A stretch of DNA of 64,000 nt from Lingula anatina (lineage: Eukaryota > Animalia > Brachiopoda): NCBI GenBank assembly GCA_051362555.1, contig CM120645.1, positions 16,058,001 to 16,122,000 on the forward strand, read 5' to 3'. Under the pieces are notes generated by a model. It saw only the letters and a list, made by a program, of their open reading frames with translations, had not been told where the DNA came from and searched no databases. Positions within the stretch are counted from its first letter, which is position 1. Each line of letters starts with the position of its first letter. This document shows, in pieces, positions 50,339-63,420 of this stretch. Made by a program: the position numbers and the translations under genes.

Positions 50339-53300
50339 TTATTCAAGGAATTTCTCCATTTCGCTTGCGGTTGGTCTTTCAGATGGCGTGGGGGAAAGCA
50401 GTTTTTCTAAATTCTTGCACCATATAGGAGGCGGCGGTGTTAAACCCTCAAGGGCAATAAGTGATGCCCAATCAAGCTGGAAATGAAAATAAACTTTTCT
50501 CACAATATGAAGTATTAACAATGGGATAATGTGTTAAATTATCATCTTCTAGAAGGGTGGCAGATACTAAAAGCAAATTTTCCAAAAGCCAACCTGCAAC
50601 TTTTGGCCAGACGGAAGCAATTAAATATGCATGCGCAAAGGTTTGTGCCCACACTGTGGGGAGCTACTGCAGGAAATTTGTCAGTTAACTTCAATCTGTA
50701 GTAACAAAAAAAAAAACAAGGCAGCAAAGCTGTCAAATGTACAGACAAAGAACAGAAAATAAAGATGCAAATAAGTGAAAAATTAAATTTTCACAAAAAA
50801 CTGTTAAATTGCCAGAAAAAATTACCAAACAGACTGCATTGCCTACTGAAGCTGTATTTTAGTCCCATGTTTCTATCCTGTAAGTTTGAGAACAGTAAGT
50901 GACATGATTTTCCTTAAATGGTCATCATGGAAGCAGTGCCCAAAATGGGGGTTTCTTCAAATTTTGATGCAATATTACATAATGTTTAACAGCTTAATGA
51001 CCATCAATTTTTAATTATAAAATATTTGTATCACAGATATTCAGAAAATGTGACTAGCAAAGGTCTTCAGGCCCATGGAACTTCAAAGTCACGCCTTGAT
51101 AATGCCAAAATGTAAACAAGACAGCACTGTTCTGAAATGGGTTTATTTCCATTTTTAACACTTTTTTAACATAAAACAAAATAAACATTTTACTGCCATT
51201 TTTATATGTCCAACTAAGAAAATTGATGAGATGGGAAAAGAATCAATAGAACAGTGTTAAATGTCCAATTTCCTCCATTCTGAGATTCTGAACATAGTGG
51301 ATGATTGAATCTGACAAACTGCAATGATATGAGTTGATTTCCATTTTTGACACTTTATTACACAATACATGATAACAAGTTTACCATGTTTTTTACATAA
51401 TCAACTAACAATGTTGTAAAGATGCAGGAAATATCAAACAAACACTTTTAGGCATCTTATTAGTTAAATAATGAGACTGTTAACATGCCTAATAATTGAA
51501 TCTGAAGAAATGTGAAAAAACAGTATAACTTCTTAAGTAATGGCCCGATTATGCTTATTTTCGAACTCAACCTGCGTTTTAGTAAGATTGACCACTCCAG
51601 TGAGTATAATTACAATTGGCCAATCCGTTTTTCTTATATTGTGTTATCAGTGTTGCATTTATATTGAAAATAGTGAAAAAACAGCATAAATTACCTAAAA
51701 GTGACCCGATCATGCTGATTTTTTAACTTGACCTGCGTATTATGAATATTCATCAGTTCTGTAAGTTTCAAGTCATAAGGTAAAATGGTTTTCCACTTAT
51801 CGTGTTATCGGTGCTGCATATATGCTGAAAAATGTGAAAAAACAGCATAAATTCCCTAAAAGTGACCCGATCATGCTGATTTTCGAACTTGACCTGCGTA
51901 TTATGAATATTCATCAGTTCTGTAAGTTTCAAGTCAAAAGGTAAAATGGTTTTCCACTTATCCTGTTATCGGTGCTGCATATATGCTGAAAAATGTGAAA
52001 AAACAGCATAAATTCCCTAAAAGTGACCCGATCATGCTGATTTTCGAACTTGACCTGCGTATTATGAATATTCATCAGTTCTGTAAGTTTCAAGTCAAAA
52101 GGTAAAATGGTTTTCCACTTATCCTGTTATCGGTGCTGCATATATGCTGAAAAAAGTGAAAAAACAGCATAAATTCCCTAAAAGTAACCCGATCATGCTG
52201 ATTTTCGAACTTGACCTGCGTATTATGAATATTCATCAGTTCTGTAAGTTTCAAGTCAAAAGGTAAAATGGTTTTCCACTTATCGTGTTATCGGTGCTGC
52301 ATATATGCTGAAAAATGTGAAAAAACAGCATAAATTCCCTAAAAGTGACCCGATCATGCTGATTTTCGAACTTGACCTGCGTATTATGAATATTCATCAG
52401 TTCTGTAAGTTTCAAGTCAAAAGGTAAAATGGTTTTCCACTTATCGTGTTATCGGTGCTGCATATATGCTGAAAAAGGTGAAAAAACAGCATAAATTAAC
52501 TAAAAATGACCCGATCATGCTGATTTTCGAACTTGACCTGCGTATTATGAATATTCATCAGTTCTGCAAGTTTCAAGTCAAAAGGTAAAATGGTTTTCCA
52601 CTTATCGTGTTATCGGTAAAAGTGCACGGCGACGGCGACGGCGACGGCGACGACAGACGCAGATGATGGCTATATGTTCAGACACATCTGTGTCTGTACA
52701 TAAAAAGTTATTAAAATCTGAGCAATTAACTGTCTAGATTGCTGTCAAGGGGAATTGGCTTGGGTCCGTTAAGTGGCAGTGCCTGAGCTGTTATGCAAAG
52801 AATTACCAGTCATGTAATTAACCTGGCGGTTTCAGGGCAGAGTCAGAGATAGTAAAATAGCCGTCTATTTATCTAAAAACAAATCTGTGAATATCGTGTG
52901 GAAAATCAATCTGTGGCCCTGGTACAGGATACTAAAAATGATGGTTTACAATCATTGCTTTCTTAATCCCGATTAATTTTTTTTTTTCGTTTGAGTTTAG
53001 ATAAGTTTTTTAGAGTGGATCAATATTGGGTTAAACTGGTTTACCGGGTAATGCAAGATTGAGAAGGGTAAATCCATGTATTTGAAACCCAAATATTTAA
53101 ATGAATGAGTGAGGGTTGTAATACTGAAGTTCTTGAAAATGTAGCTTGCGTTTGCTGATCGCTCACTTTTCTTTTTTCATTTAGACCATATGAAAAAATA
53201 CGATCAAACGAAGACTAAAAATTCAAAAATCAGGTAATATCCATGCACTTGTACATGAAAACATTAAAGTTAGTCACCATGAGATTCAGAATAAGGATAT

Positions 53301-56300
53301 TACCATCTCTGCCCAATATATTACATTGTAAAGTTGGCTTCCAGTAGATACAGACTCTTAAATCCGAGTGAGAACATACCCTGTATTCCCCTTTTGTACG
53401 ATGAATTTTATGATGTAAATGATTTTAGTCGATATAATTTTCTGAATGATATTCAGTTTGCACTGAATTAACATCTTATTATTCTGCGTAATAATATAAT
53501 TTCATAACTCACCTCCAAAATATCTGATAAGCTCTCAAAGCAAGGCAGATTGTAGACACGTTTCCCGTACCACATTTCCCAAAGCATGATCCCAACCGTG
53601 TACATATCTGCAGGTGCTCCGTACATTTCCTTCTTCAGAATTTCTGGTGCCATGTAAACCAGTGTTCCACATAGTGTACCAGTGATGTCACACTGCGGTT
53701 TTGTCAGTCCCACATCAGCCAGTCGAACTTCGTCTCTATCAGTTACCTGATGGCATCAAAGGATTATTTGAAAAAGCGCTTAGCATCTTAAATTGGTTAT
53801 GTACACAAACGTTTCGTATTGGGATAATCACATTTGTACTGAACGGCAGCAAATCGTTATACACAAAGTATTGAGTCAATACAGAAATTAAACAATACCC
53901 TGAAGAAGTATATGTAGTAGATGAAATGCTATTCACTCATAACTGATAAGGTCTAGGTCACTAAAACTTGCATCTTAGGAATAACTTATCCATCCAACTT
54001 CAGACTTACCAATATGTTTTCCGGTTTCAAGTCTCTGTGAATGTATCCTTGAGCATGCATGCACCTTAGCCCAGTGCATATTTGCATACCAAAGTAAGCG
54101 ACAGAACGCACGAGGCCAGAATCTAACGGCTGCTTCAAACCAGGGTTTATGGTCTCTCGTTGTCCTTTGGGACTTGTCGCATCTGCATTCAGCATACGAT
54201 TCGCAAGGGTTTGGGGGCAGTATTCCATTAGAATGACAAGGCGTCTGTTGCCATCTGGCTCTATGATGGCGCTGGTTCCTATGAACTTGATGATGTTTGG
54301 GGTTCTGTTAAGTCTCCTGTATCAACAAAAAATGGTCAAACTGATCATACCAATTTTCGTATCAAATGAAGCAAAATTATTTCCCCGTTCCCACATGATA
54401 AGACATACATTAATACTAATACACCCACCCTTTCCTAAACTAGTGCCGTATTAAAATAACATTTTTCGCCACTGGTAAAATAATCAAATAAGACAGCAAA
54501 ATCTTAGCATCTATCCTTATCTGTACATCTCACCTCAAACTTTCTTCCTCCAGTATAGCCTCACCCACGTTTTTTGCTGTTGCACACTGCTTCATCACCT
54601 TAGCCGCTGCTTTCATGTTGTTTCTTGATAGAAGGGTCACGACATAAACTTCGCCAAACGCACCAGAGGCAATAGCAGGCAAGCCCCAATTTATTTCTGT
54701 GTTTGCGTTGATGTCTTCTCGGATTTTTGTCACGTACAGCAACCCAAGGCATCCCTCTAAGACATCATTTTGTTGGAGCTTTGTCTGGTACAGTTGCAAC
54801 TCTGATTCTGCTTTCTTACTCTCACTTAGCAACCCTTTTATGAGCTGAAGGTCGTCATCTAGGAGTTTTGGAATAGCACTGAGTAGGTTATTCAGTGTGG
54901 CAACCGCAGAGTTCAAGTACCGCATCACCTCTTTCGAAAGGTTTTCTTCTGACATAAAATGTTCGAGTACTTTTTCTGCAATATTTCCCATGACTGCCGC
55001 TTTGTGTTTTGTATACTCTTTGATTTGTTTCTTCTCGTTCAGACGCTCTTTTAGTGCCAACCCAAGGGCAACAAAGCCAACGAAAAGTGCAGCTACGAGG
55101 CCTATTGGAATCCAAATTGGAGAAGTGACGCCAATGATGACTTTCTCAGTGGTGGTGAAAGTAGAAGTATCCTCCACGTCTCTTAAGCCTGTGGGGTTTG
55201 CATCCTCGACTACAAGCATATCGTTACTGGTTAACTGACCTTCCAAAAGAGCAACTTGGTTCTCCATAATGTTGAACTCTACGTGGAACCTTCCTATAAG
55301 CTCCTTCTGTGCATTTGTGAAGAACTCAGTGTTTGTGTTCCATTCCTCGAGAAGTTCGCGGATTCTCCCGAGGATGAGGGTTCTGGCTTGTGTGTAAAGA
55401 TCATCCCAATGGTCAGTTGGCTTTGGACAATCGCCATCTTTCCATTTAAGGACACGCTCGTTATTATTATTCAGGTAATCTTTGATTTGTCGTGCAGCTT
55501 GTTGAGCCTTTGTCTTTAAAAGTCCTAGCAATTTAGAACGTTTCTTTTCAAAACTGTTCTTTATTTCTCCAATCTGTCGCCTGATTTCAGCAGCTTTCTT
55601 CTTACGTTCTTCCTCAGATCTTTCAAAGATGTTCAAAGCTGACTTTAGATGAAACGAAGATCTTCGCAGAATGTGAACCACAAATCTAAAATGGGTTAAA
55701 AAAATTCCTGGTAAAAAGGTTATTGGTATAATGAAATAAAATAAAATGTTCAAATTTCATACATGCTCATCCTGTATAAACCGTTCACTAAATGACATAC
55801 TTTATGGTGACCATTATAAAGGAAACAGCCGAATGACAATTTGTTACCTGTATTTAGTCTCCTGATTTGATTTTAGGGTTTTAGGAAAAAGTTTCTTCAG
55901 CCCAACAAGGAAGTTGGATAACTCGGGTGTCGCACAGCCCTGTTTTAGTGCACTTTGAGCCTGATGTATGCATAATGAATTATGAAAAGATAAGAAAATA
56001 GAAACGCTATTACCACAAAAACACCTTTCGCGAAAATTTTAAATCATTTCAAGAGACGTTTCGTGGTACCAGATATATTAAATAGCATTTTGATCAAACA
56101 TTTCATAGAAAGGCTTTCAATTAATCGGAAATACTGTATTATCAAAATTGTTTTGTTTCAGAAATACCTTAGAAAAAAGATAAATCACTACAATTACAAA
56201 ATATAGGTATGAAGTCTGCAACGGTCCATTTTCGAAGTTGACCTGAATTTCACAGCTATAAACATGCTCAGGGCGGTGCAGATCCTGCAGTTTATTAAAA

Positions 56301-59300
56301 CTTAAGTTATCGCGCCTCGAGGATAGTTAGAATTTCCCTATGCTTCCAAGATAATGGTTCGATTATTTTATTTGAAGGAGACGAAAGGGGATGCAGAATT
56401 GTAAAACCATATGTTATAACGTCCCGAAAACCAAAGTGCACGGCTTGAAGATTTCTTGCTTAAAAAAATATGGAATATACCAACAGGATATTGCATCTGC
56501 GACTTCAATAAGTTCAAACTAAATTCAAATATGAAGTATAATTCAACCAGTTTTAGTTTAGTATTATTTAATGTTCTGCTTGGGGTTTGTTTTTGTTTGT
56601 GTTTATCCTGGCGAACAATTATAAAAGTGTTAAATTACCGGCAATTTATAGTGAGGGTATATGCCATGTTCAAAGAAGCCTGGATTGGGGAAGAATACAA
56701 AAGACAGTGCTGTAGAATTAACAATCTAATGACACAGACTTTCCGCGTTTTCAACACGAACCCAGATGGCGTCATCTATTTTGAATCAAACAGTGTCTAC
56801 TGTTGAGCTCTGTCCGAATCAGAAGCTTGTTGTTAACTGACCCTCTGATCCATAAATGGATTTACATGTACTAGGTATAGAACGTCCAATAAAGTGAAAA
56901 AGCTCACCTTTGTCACCGACATAGGGAAAAGCTGATCTGCAGTAAAACCATCACAGATGTTTTGCAGCTTGCGAAGAGTGTCTTTAAAAATATCATCCTT
57001 CTCTTTTTAAATTTACATGTACTAGGTATAGAACGTCCAATAAAGTGAAAAAGCTCACCTTTGTCACCGACATAGGGAAAAGCTGATCTGCAGTAAAACC
57101 ATCACAGATGTTTTGCAGCTTGCGAAGAGTGTCTTTAAAAATATCATCCTTCTCTTTTTCTGGCACCTGGTCCCATTTGTTGAGAACAAAGATGGCCGTT
57201 GAAGGATTGAACAGACGAACTTCAGAAGCAAGTTTTTCTGTGTCACTATTTTTGTCTTCTGTCTCGAATCTACCCCTCACTACATCACTAAGGAGATCCT
57301 GAAGCTACAAAGAAGAGACAACGCATCTATACGTATCTACTTACTAACCACAGAAATTAACAGAATATTTGCATTGACGTCTTGTCCTGCCAGATTAAAA
57401 GAACCGCTACTTACTCTCGCCTAAAAGCTACTGTATTAGAACTGTTCGTATGACATTCATATTTCACAATTAGTACATTGTAAACAACTCAGAAAAATAA
57501 AATCAATTCAATTTTACCACCAAAAAAGGTTAACACAATTATTCTTGAATTTGAGTCTGCCATCAGACCACGTGGATCTTCATAGATGGTTATACCTCCG
57601 CAATAATCTCTTAAGAGATTAGTAAAAAAAAAAGACTTAAGTTGAATGTCTGAATGGATTCATTAACCATTGGTAATTGTGAAAAAATCAGCGTTTGTCC
57701 CAGGAAAATCAAAACAAACAAACCCTTTAACCTCCAAAGGGAGTTGTGCGAAGATGCCAGAAAAGTACAAGCGGTGGGTTTCGCCTTTCTCTTCTTTCAA
57801 AGTTTTAATCTTTGCAGAAATTAAATTAGCACAAACCTTATTGTTGAAGTCTACAACTGATCTTGACGCTGCCCAGTCATACTAATCTCTTAAAAAGTAA
57901 AATAATCTTATTTATCTAAACCAATGATATCACTTACTTCCCAACTTACTTACATGTACTGACTTATATATAACCACTTCATCCCATGAGGGACATGAAG
58001 TTGCAACCATACCCTCCTACTATTCATCAACATAAAATGTTTGAGGAAAGAGGTCAAAATTGCAATAAGCGTTACCCTATCTTCTTGCACTCCTCCGGCC
58101 ACCATGCTGTTGATGACGTATATGAAGGAAAATGCCTTGGCCAAGTAACTCTTTGTAAGTTTTGTCATCATTTCACTCTCTCCTATACCAGGGCTGTCCA
58201 TGATGTAGACACCTCCCTGTAAACAAATTTATTTAGATGTCCATAATAGGCTTATCAACATATTTCACATTTGTAAATAAACTGTGAACTTCTTTAGCAG
58301 TTGTCACATCATTTAACTGATATCATGTATTTAAAGCCCCTTTACACTGGACGGTGTCCTCTCTGCGTCCCGTAGTACAGCCCGGTTTAAGAGTGAAAAT
58401 ATACTTTGCGTGCCGACAGCTGGCCGATCGTTGAGCATTCATTCTGTAAACCAAGGGATGCTTGTGCCGATTCTTTTTACGACCACAGCGATGCCAGTTT
58501 CATGTTCGCAAAAAGAACGCAGAAAGGACGTCGTCCAGTGTAAAAGGGTTTTAAGAAATGCTAAATATCATTGAAATTTGTCTTGCTTCATTATACTGAT
58601 TAAGAAGGAAAATTTTTTTTGTGATGTAAATTGCACTTTAAAATCTTTATTTTCAGATAAATGTGTTTATAATGATTCATACTTTTGAAGTAACTAATTT
58701 AACGATTTGACATAATTTGTGAAATATGTGTCGTATAACATTGGTGAGAGCCTCCAGATCTCCCAAAATTTGTCAACGCGTAGCTTTTGTTACCTGCAAC
58801 AGAGGGATAGGCCAGAATAACTGGACTCTGTTGTACGGAAATTCCTTCTTCCCTCGTCCTTCTTCCTGGAATATGTAAGGCTTCAAAACCTTAAGAGGAT
58901 CTGGCACTTCTAGGTCCAAGGTAACAGGTTGTAAACTGGTGTCCCAGTAATGTGCAACAGCCTTCCTTTGGTCGCCGTACCTTAATTCACACAGCACAGC
59001 GGTACAACTGAAAAAATCCGTTGGAAGAAGATCTTCCCCAAGGAGAAGATTCAACAGACAACTCTTGCCAGCACCGGTCTCACCTGAAATATATGTGAAT
59101 GAAATACTACAAATACTGAAATGCTGTCGCAAAGAGTCCTATTTATCCGGAAAGCGTTTATGCATAATCAAATGCATGATCGCGAATTTACACATTCGTG
59201 TGCAAATGTAAACAAATGTCAATTGACAGATCGCAGGAGAATGGGCTGGCATACTTAAAAAGCAGAATATCGCAAGTCATGGCACAATTCAACGAACTGA

Positions 59301-60152
59301 TTTTTTTCATATAGCGTTAATATAGTTAAAACCTAAATTTAAGATGTTTTAGATTAGAAATACATGTACAGTTGTCTCATCATGGCAGGGCTAAGTCTAA
59401 CTATCGACTAAGAACTTGAAAATAAAAGGGGCCACTATGGCAGATATTGTTCTGATCAATCATGTTTAATAGCTTAAAGCCCTTTATAATCATTCAGATA
59501 TACCTGCTACTAAAATTCCACTTTCGCTTTTAGAGAGTTCGTCAATTCTTTCACGTAATCTTTCTACCACTCGCGGAATGTTTTGATTTAGGTCATTAAG
59601 TCTTCTTTCTGGTAAACCAGAAATATACTTAATCGTGTCTTTGTATAATTGCTGTAGCTGTTGTCTTGTCTCTTTATCTTCCTCCAAGACATCTGCCATT
59701 AGTTCAGCGGCCTGAAATGAAACAAAAAGCGACCATTTATAAAATTTGACTTCCAATCAGGTTTTGGATGGAAGTCCACTTTTAAGAAATATTTTGACTA
59801 CGAACGGCCTCTAAATATCCAGCGTTTGTCTCCTCATTTAGATTTTGTAGTGAATTAAAACTAATATATAGCATATGTTAAGTTGTAGGCCGATTAAATC
59901 TATAAATAGCGAAGTGAGAACGGATATCATGAATTATTACCTACAGCATTTTAAACTTACATTCAGTGGGTCCTCAGCCACACCTACACCATGTAGTTTC
60001 AAGAATTTTCTCAATCTGAGGACTACGTCGTCCTTGTTCTTCACACCAGCATGGTCTATCCCTAACTCTCGTAACTTCCTTATGCCTTCTTTCAAATTGG
60101 ATATAGCATCTATTTCAGCTAACGAAATTGGGGGTGAGTATGGGCCAGCCAT
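50339..60152 (-). CDS. Dynamin/mitofusin-like GTPase + hydrophobic paddle + protein kinase (DSTYK-like architecture), copy A, intact, ~1006 aa
   Basis: Ten exons: 60152-59961, 59711-59504, 59083-58794, 58216-58076, 57304-57059, 55960-55848, 55685-54534, 54316-54010, 53746-53513, 50476-50339, totalling 3021 nt in frame. G1 AGETGAGKS, G2 region LLPT...CT, G3 DSPG, G4 NKWD. Hydrophobic VIIGVTSPIWIPIGLVAALFVGFVALGLAL. Kinase motifs SGAFGEV, AAK, HRDLKPEN, DVG, APE, LWEMW, SERP. Confidence 0.88.
50715..52706 (-). mobile_element. Helentron-type HINE carrying an internal tandem array, in the last intron of copy A
   Basis: Subterminal repeats ATGTACAGACA / TGTCTGTACAT, terminal hairpin GGCAGCAAAGCTGTC, stem-loop ATGTTCAGACACATCTGTGTCTGTACAT, (GACGGC)n microsatellite, A-rich flanks. 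Confidence 0.72.
51516..52617. repeat. ~161-bp tandem repeat array (about 7 units)
   Basis: Unit AAAAAACAGCATAAATTCCCTAAAAGTGACCCGATCATGCTG...GTGCTGCATATATGCTG recurs at ~51676, 51837, 51998, 52159, 52320 and 52482. The first unit is diverged. Confidence 0.92.
56860..57159. repeat. 149-bp exact tandem duplication spanning the exon 5 splice donor of copy A
   Basis: 56860-57008 is identical to 57011-57159, separated by AA. Confidence 0.92.
58334..58550. mobile_element. Harbinger-type MITE, same family as 35480-36625
   Basis: TTTACACTGGACG ... CGTCCAGTGTAAA TIR with a TTA/TAA TSD. Intronic. Confidence 0.8.
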
Positions 60153-60399
60153 TTTTTCTTTAGGAATGCAAAAAAAAAAAAAAAAAAAAAAAAAAGAGAG
60201 ATAAAGATAAAATTTTGTTATCTCTCTCTCTTAAACAAAAATGTACATATATGAAGGAAAGACTTTTTTGGTTTTTCTGACTAATATTCATTTAGGCCTA
60301 AAGATGTATTCGCATGATCAGTGATGTTTAATTTTTTTTTATATATAATATATGCATAAATTATATTTAAAAAATGTTAAAACACCTCTATCAGTAAAA

Positions 60400-60401
<2 letters not shown>

Positions 60402-60450
<49 letters not shown>
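60402..60450. repeat. (TAA)n microsatellite
   Basis: Directly visible run. Confidence 0.95.
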
Positions 60451-60451
<1 letters not shown>

Positions 60452-61243
60452 TGCAGTACGCGGTAGCCGCACTCGCTATTAGGCACGTGATCTTTAACGA
60501 GCACACCCTAATGCTAATTATGTGTAAATTTGGTGACATTTAATGGCCTCGTTTTAAATTAATAGACATTTATTTAAATCTGTTGAAATCACTGTGAAAC
60601 ATTAGATTTGAAGGGGTACCTATTATAAATTCTACTTAATTGCATAAAATTTATATATTTTCACCATTATTTTATATTTTTTCGAACGCTTAACCGTGTT
60701 AGACACTGTATCTGGAATAAAAAGCATTATTTCTAACAATTTACAGCTGTGAGGTGATCATTTGTAAATAAAAGTACATGGAAATGGGGGTGGGACAACT
60801 TTTTTGACCAATGTTGTATATGGGGGCAACCATTAACGAACAAAGCGAGCGCATAAAAGTGCTCGAAGAAAAGTCAGCCCATCTGGCAAATGATCTGCTG
60901 GAAAAGGATAGAATAATAAATGATCTGAAAAGTCGTGTCAATTTTTGTTTAGATACCAGCACAACAGGGGCAGAAAATACGGAATTGTATGTAGTCATGA
61001 TGAGGATGACGATCTGGAGGATAAAGTGAGTCAGATTTTATTTGCCATAATGACACAAAATAACACAAATTATTGGTTCTAGGAAGAAAATCTAATGTGA
61101 AGCAAAGCACCGATCCTAGAATAAGAAGAGCTTACATCAGAGCTAGCAAGTCACACTTGGAGCGGGTGGTGGATAAAAACACGGAGTTTTTACTGAATCA
61201 TAAGGGGATAGATACTACATCACCGGACACGGGCTTATTAAAG

Positions 61244-63420
61244 AAACAAGGCAGCAAAGCTGTCAAATGTACAGACAAAAAACAGAAAATAAAGATGCAA
61301 AAAAATGTCATTTTGTCAATTTTGATGCAATAATAAATAATGCTGTCAATCAACACTGAATTTTAATCATGAACAACAGATAACATGGTTAATAACGGGA
61401 GCGAACAGGAGAGATAATTTCTGACAGTATTCCAAATTATCCTTGTTGATCAATCCTCCATTTTTGATGGTCTTCCAACAGAAAAAATAGATACCCGTCA
61501 ATGTAAACATTAAAATCTGACCGTCTTGCAGAAGGCCCAGAAGATGGTCTCAATGCGCCCCTGCAATAAGATTACAGTTTCAGGACCATGAGAGTTCAAA
61601 TTCACATAATGAAAATCACAATATTTGAAAAATGATGACAGTGCATAAAATAGTATAATGTTTAAAGACATAAATACCAATACAACTGCTTATGTGGAAA
61701 TACAGAAAATGCGCAGAGGTTCAAATGGATGGGAGTTAAAAGTCACATCTTGAATATGCCAGTGTTTGAAAAAAAAAAAAAACAATATATCGGAGAATGA
61801 AGTCAATACGCCATTTTTAGGGAAGTTATGCTGTTTTTTCACTTTTTTCAGCATATATGCAACACCGTAAACACGATAAGTAAAAATTCGTTTTACATTG
61901 TAGCTTGAAACTTACAGAACTGATGAATATTTATAATACGCAGGTCAAGTTGGAAAATCAGCATAATCGGGCCATTTTTATGGAACTTATGCTGTTTTTT
62001 CACTTTTTTCAACATATACCTGTAGGCTGTATTTGAGTCGTATAAGAATCAAGTAGAAGTGGTTTATATGTGTTACTGGCAACCCACGCTCCATCAATGC
62101 TCGGTTCACATGTACCTTTAATAAGTAATAATCCAAATAGCAAAAATAATCAATTTACTGTCCTTTTTAAATGATCAACTAAAAAAATTGTTGACATAAG
62201 AAAAATATCAATGGAACAATTTAAAATGTTCAATTTGCTCCATTCTGAGAGATTCTGAACATAGTGAATGATTGAATCTGACAAAATGTAAAGATATGAG
62301 TTTTTTTCCCATTTTTGACACTTTATTACACAATACACAATAACAGGTTTACTATCATTTTTAAATAATCAACTAACAATATTGTAAAGATGCAGAAAAT
62401 GTCAAAAGAACAACTTTACATATCTAATTACTTCAAAAATGACTGTTAACATGCCTGAGAATTTAATTTGAGGAAAAACACTTCTATACAAAAAAAAAAA
62501 AAAAGGTATCACCAAAACTTAACTGATCAAGCTTATTTTCAAAACTGAATCTGTATTTCAGTAACATAGATCACTCCTGTGAATTTCAAGACAAATTGGC
62601 CAATCGATTTTCCTTAAAATGTGTTATACAGGTATATGCAACACCGTAAACACGATAAGTGAATAACGTTCTACCTTTTGGCTTGAAACTTACAGAATGA
62701 TGAATATTCATAATACGCAGGTCAAGTTCGAAAATCAGCATGATTGGGCCATTTTAGGGAAGTTATGTTTTTTTTTCACTTTTTTCAGCATATATGCAAC
62801 ACCGTAAACACGATAAGTGAAAAAACGTCTTACCTTTTGGCTTGAAACTTACAGAACTGATGAATATTCATAACACGTAGGTCAAGTTCGAAAGTCAGCA
62901 TGATCGGGCCAATTTTATGGAAGTTATGCTTTTTTTCACTTTTTTCAGCATATACACTGTATGCAACACCGTAAACACGATAAGTAAAAATCGGTTTTAC
63001 ATTGTAGCTTGAAACTTACAGAATTTACAGAACTGACGAATATTCATAATACGCAGGTCAAGTTCGAAAATCAGCATAATCGGGCCATTTTTAGGGAAGT
63101 TATGCTGTTTTTTTCACTTTTTTCAGCATATATGCAACACCGTAAACACGAAAAGTAAAAATCCGTTTTACATTGTAGCTTGAAACTTACAGAACTGACG
63201 AATATTTATAATACGCAGGTCAAGTTCGAAAATCAGCATAATCGGGCCATTTTTATGGAAGTTATGCTGTTTTTTCACTTTTTTCAACATATACCTGTAG
63301 GCTGTATTTGAGTCGTATAAGAATCAAGTAGAAGTGGTTTATATGTGTTACTGGCAACCCACGCTCCATCGATGCTCGGTTCACATGTACCTTTAATATG
63401 TAATAATCCAAATAGCAAAT
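61244..63420. mobile_element. Rearranged second copy of the HINE / 161-bp array family
   Basis: Same end AAACAAGGCAGCAAAGCTGTCAAATGTACAGACA as at 50715 and a homologous body at ~62180-62620. The tandem units at 61811-62015 and 62633-63292 are reverse-complemented. Confidence 0.7.

Noticed and set aside
44195-50339. Copies A and B forming one giant double GTPase-kinase gene
   Set aside because: Copy A has a terminal exon with kinase subdomain XI followed by TAA at 50341-50339. Two genes is the simpler reading, though read-through splicing cannot be excluded.
51516-52617. Regular repeat array as a possible CRISPR
   Set aside because: The units are contiguous 161-bp near-identical repeats with no unique spacers, there are no cas genes, and the context is eukaryotic.
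60811-61029. 72-aa coiled-coil-like ORF
   Set aside because: It could be a LINE ORF1 scrap, but it has no diagnostic motif, splice context or neighbouring ORF2.
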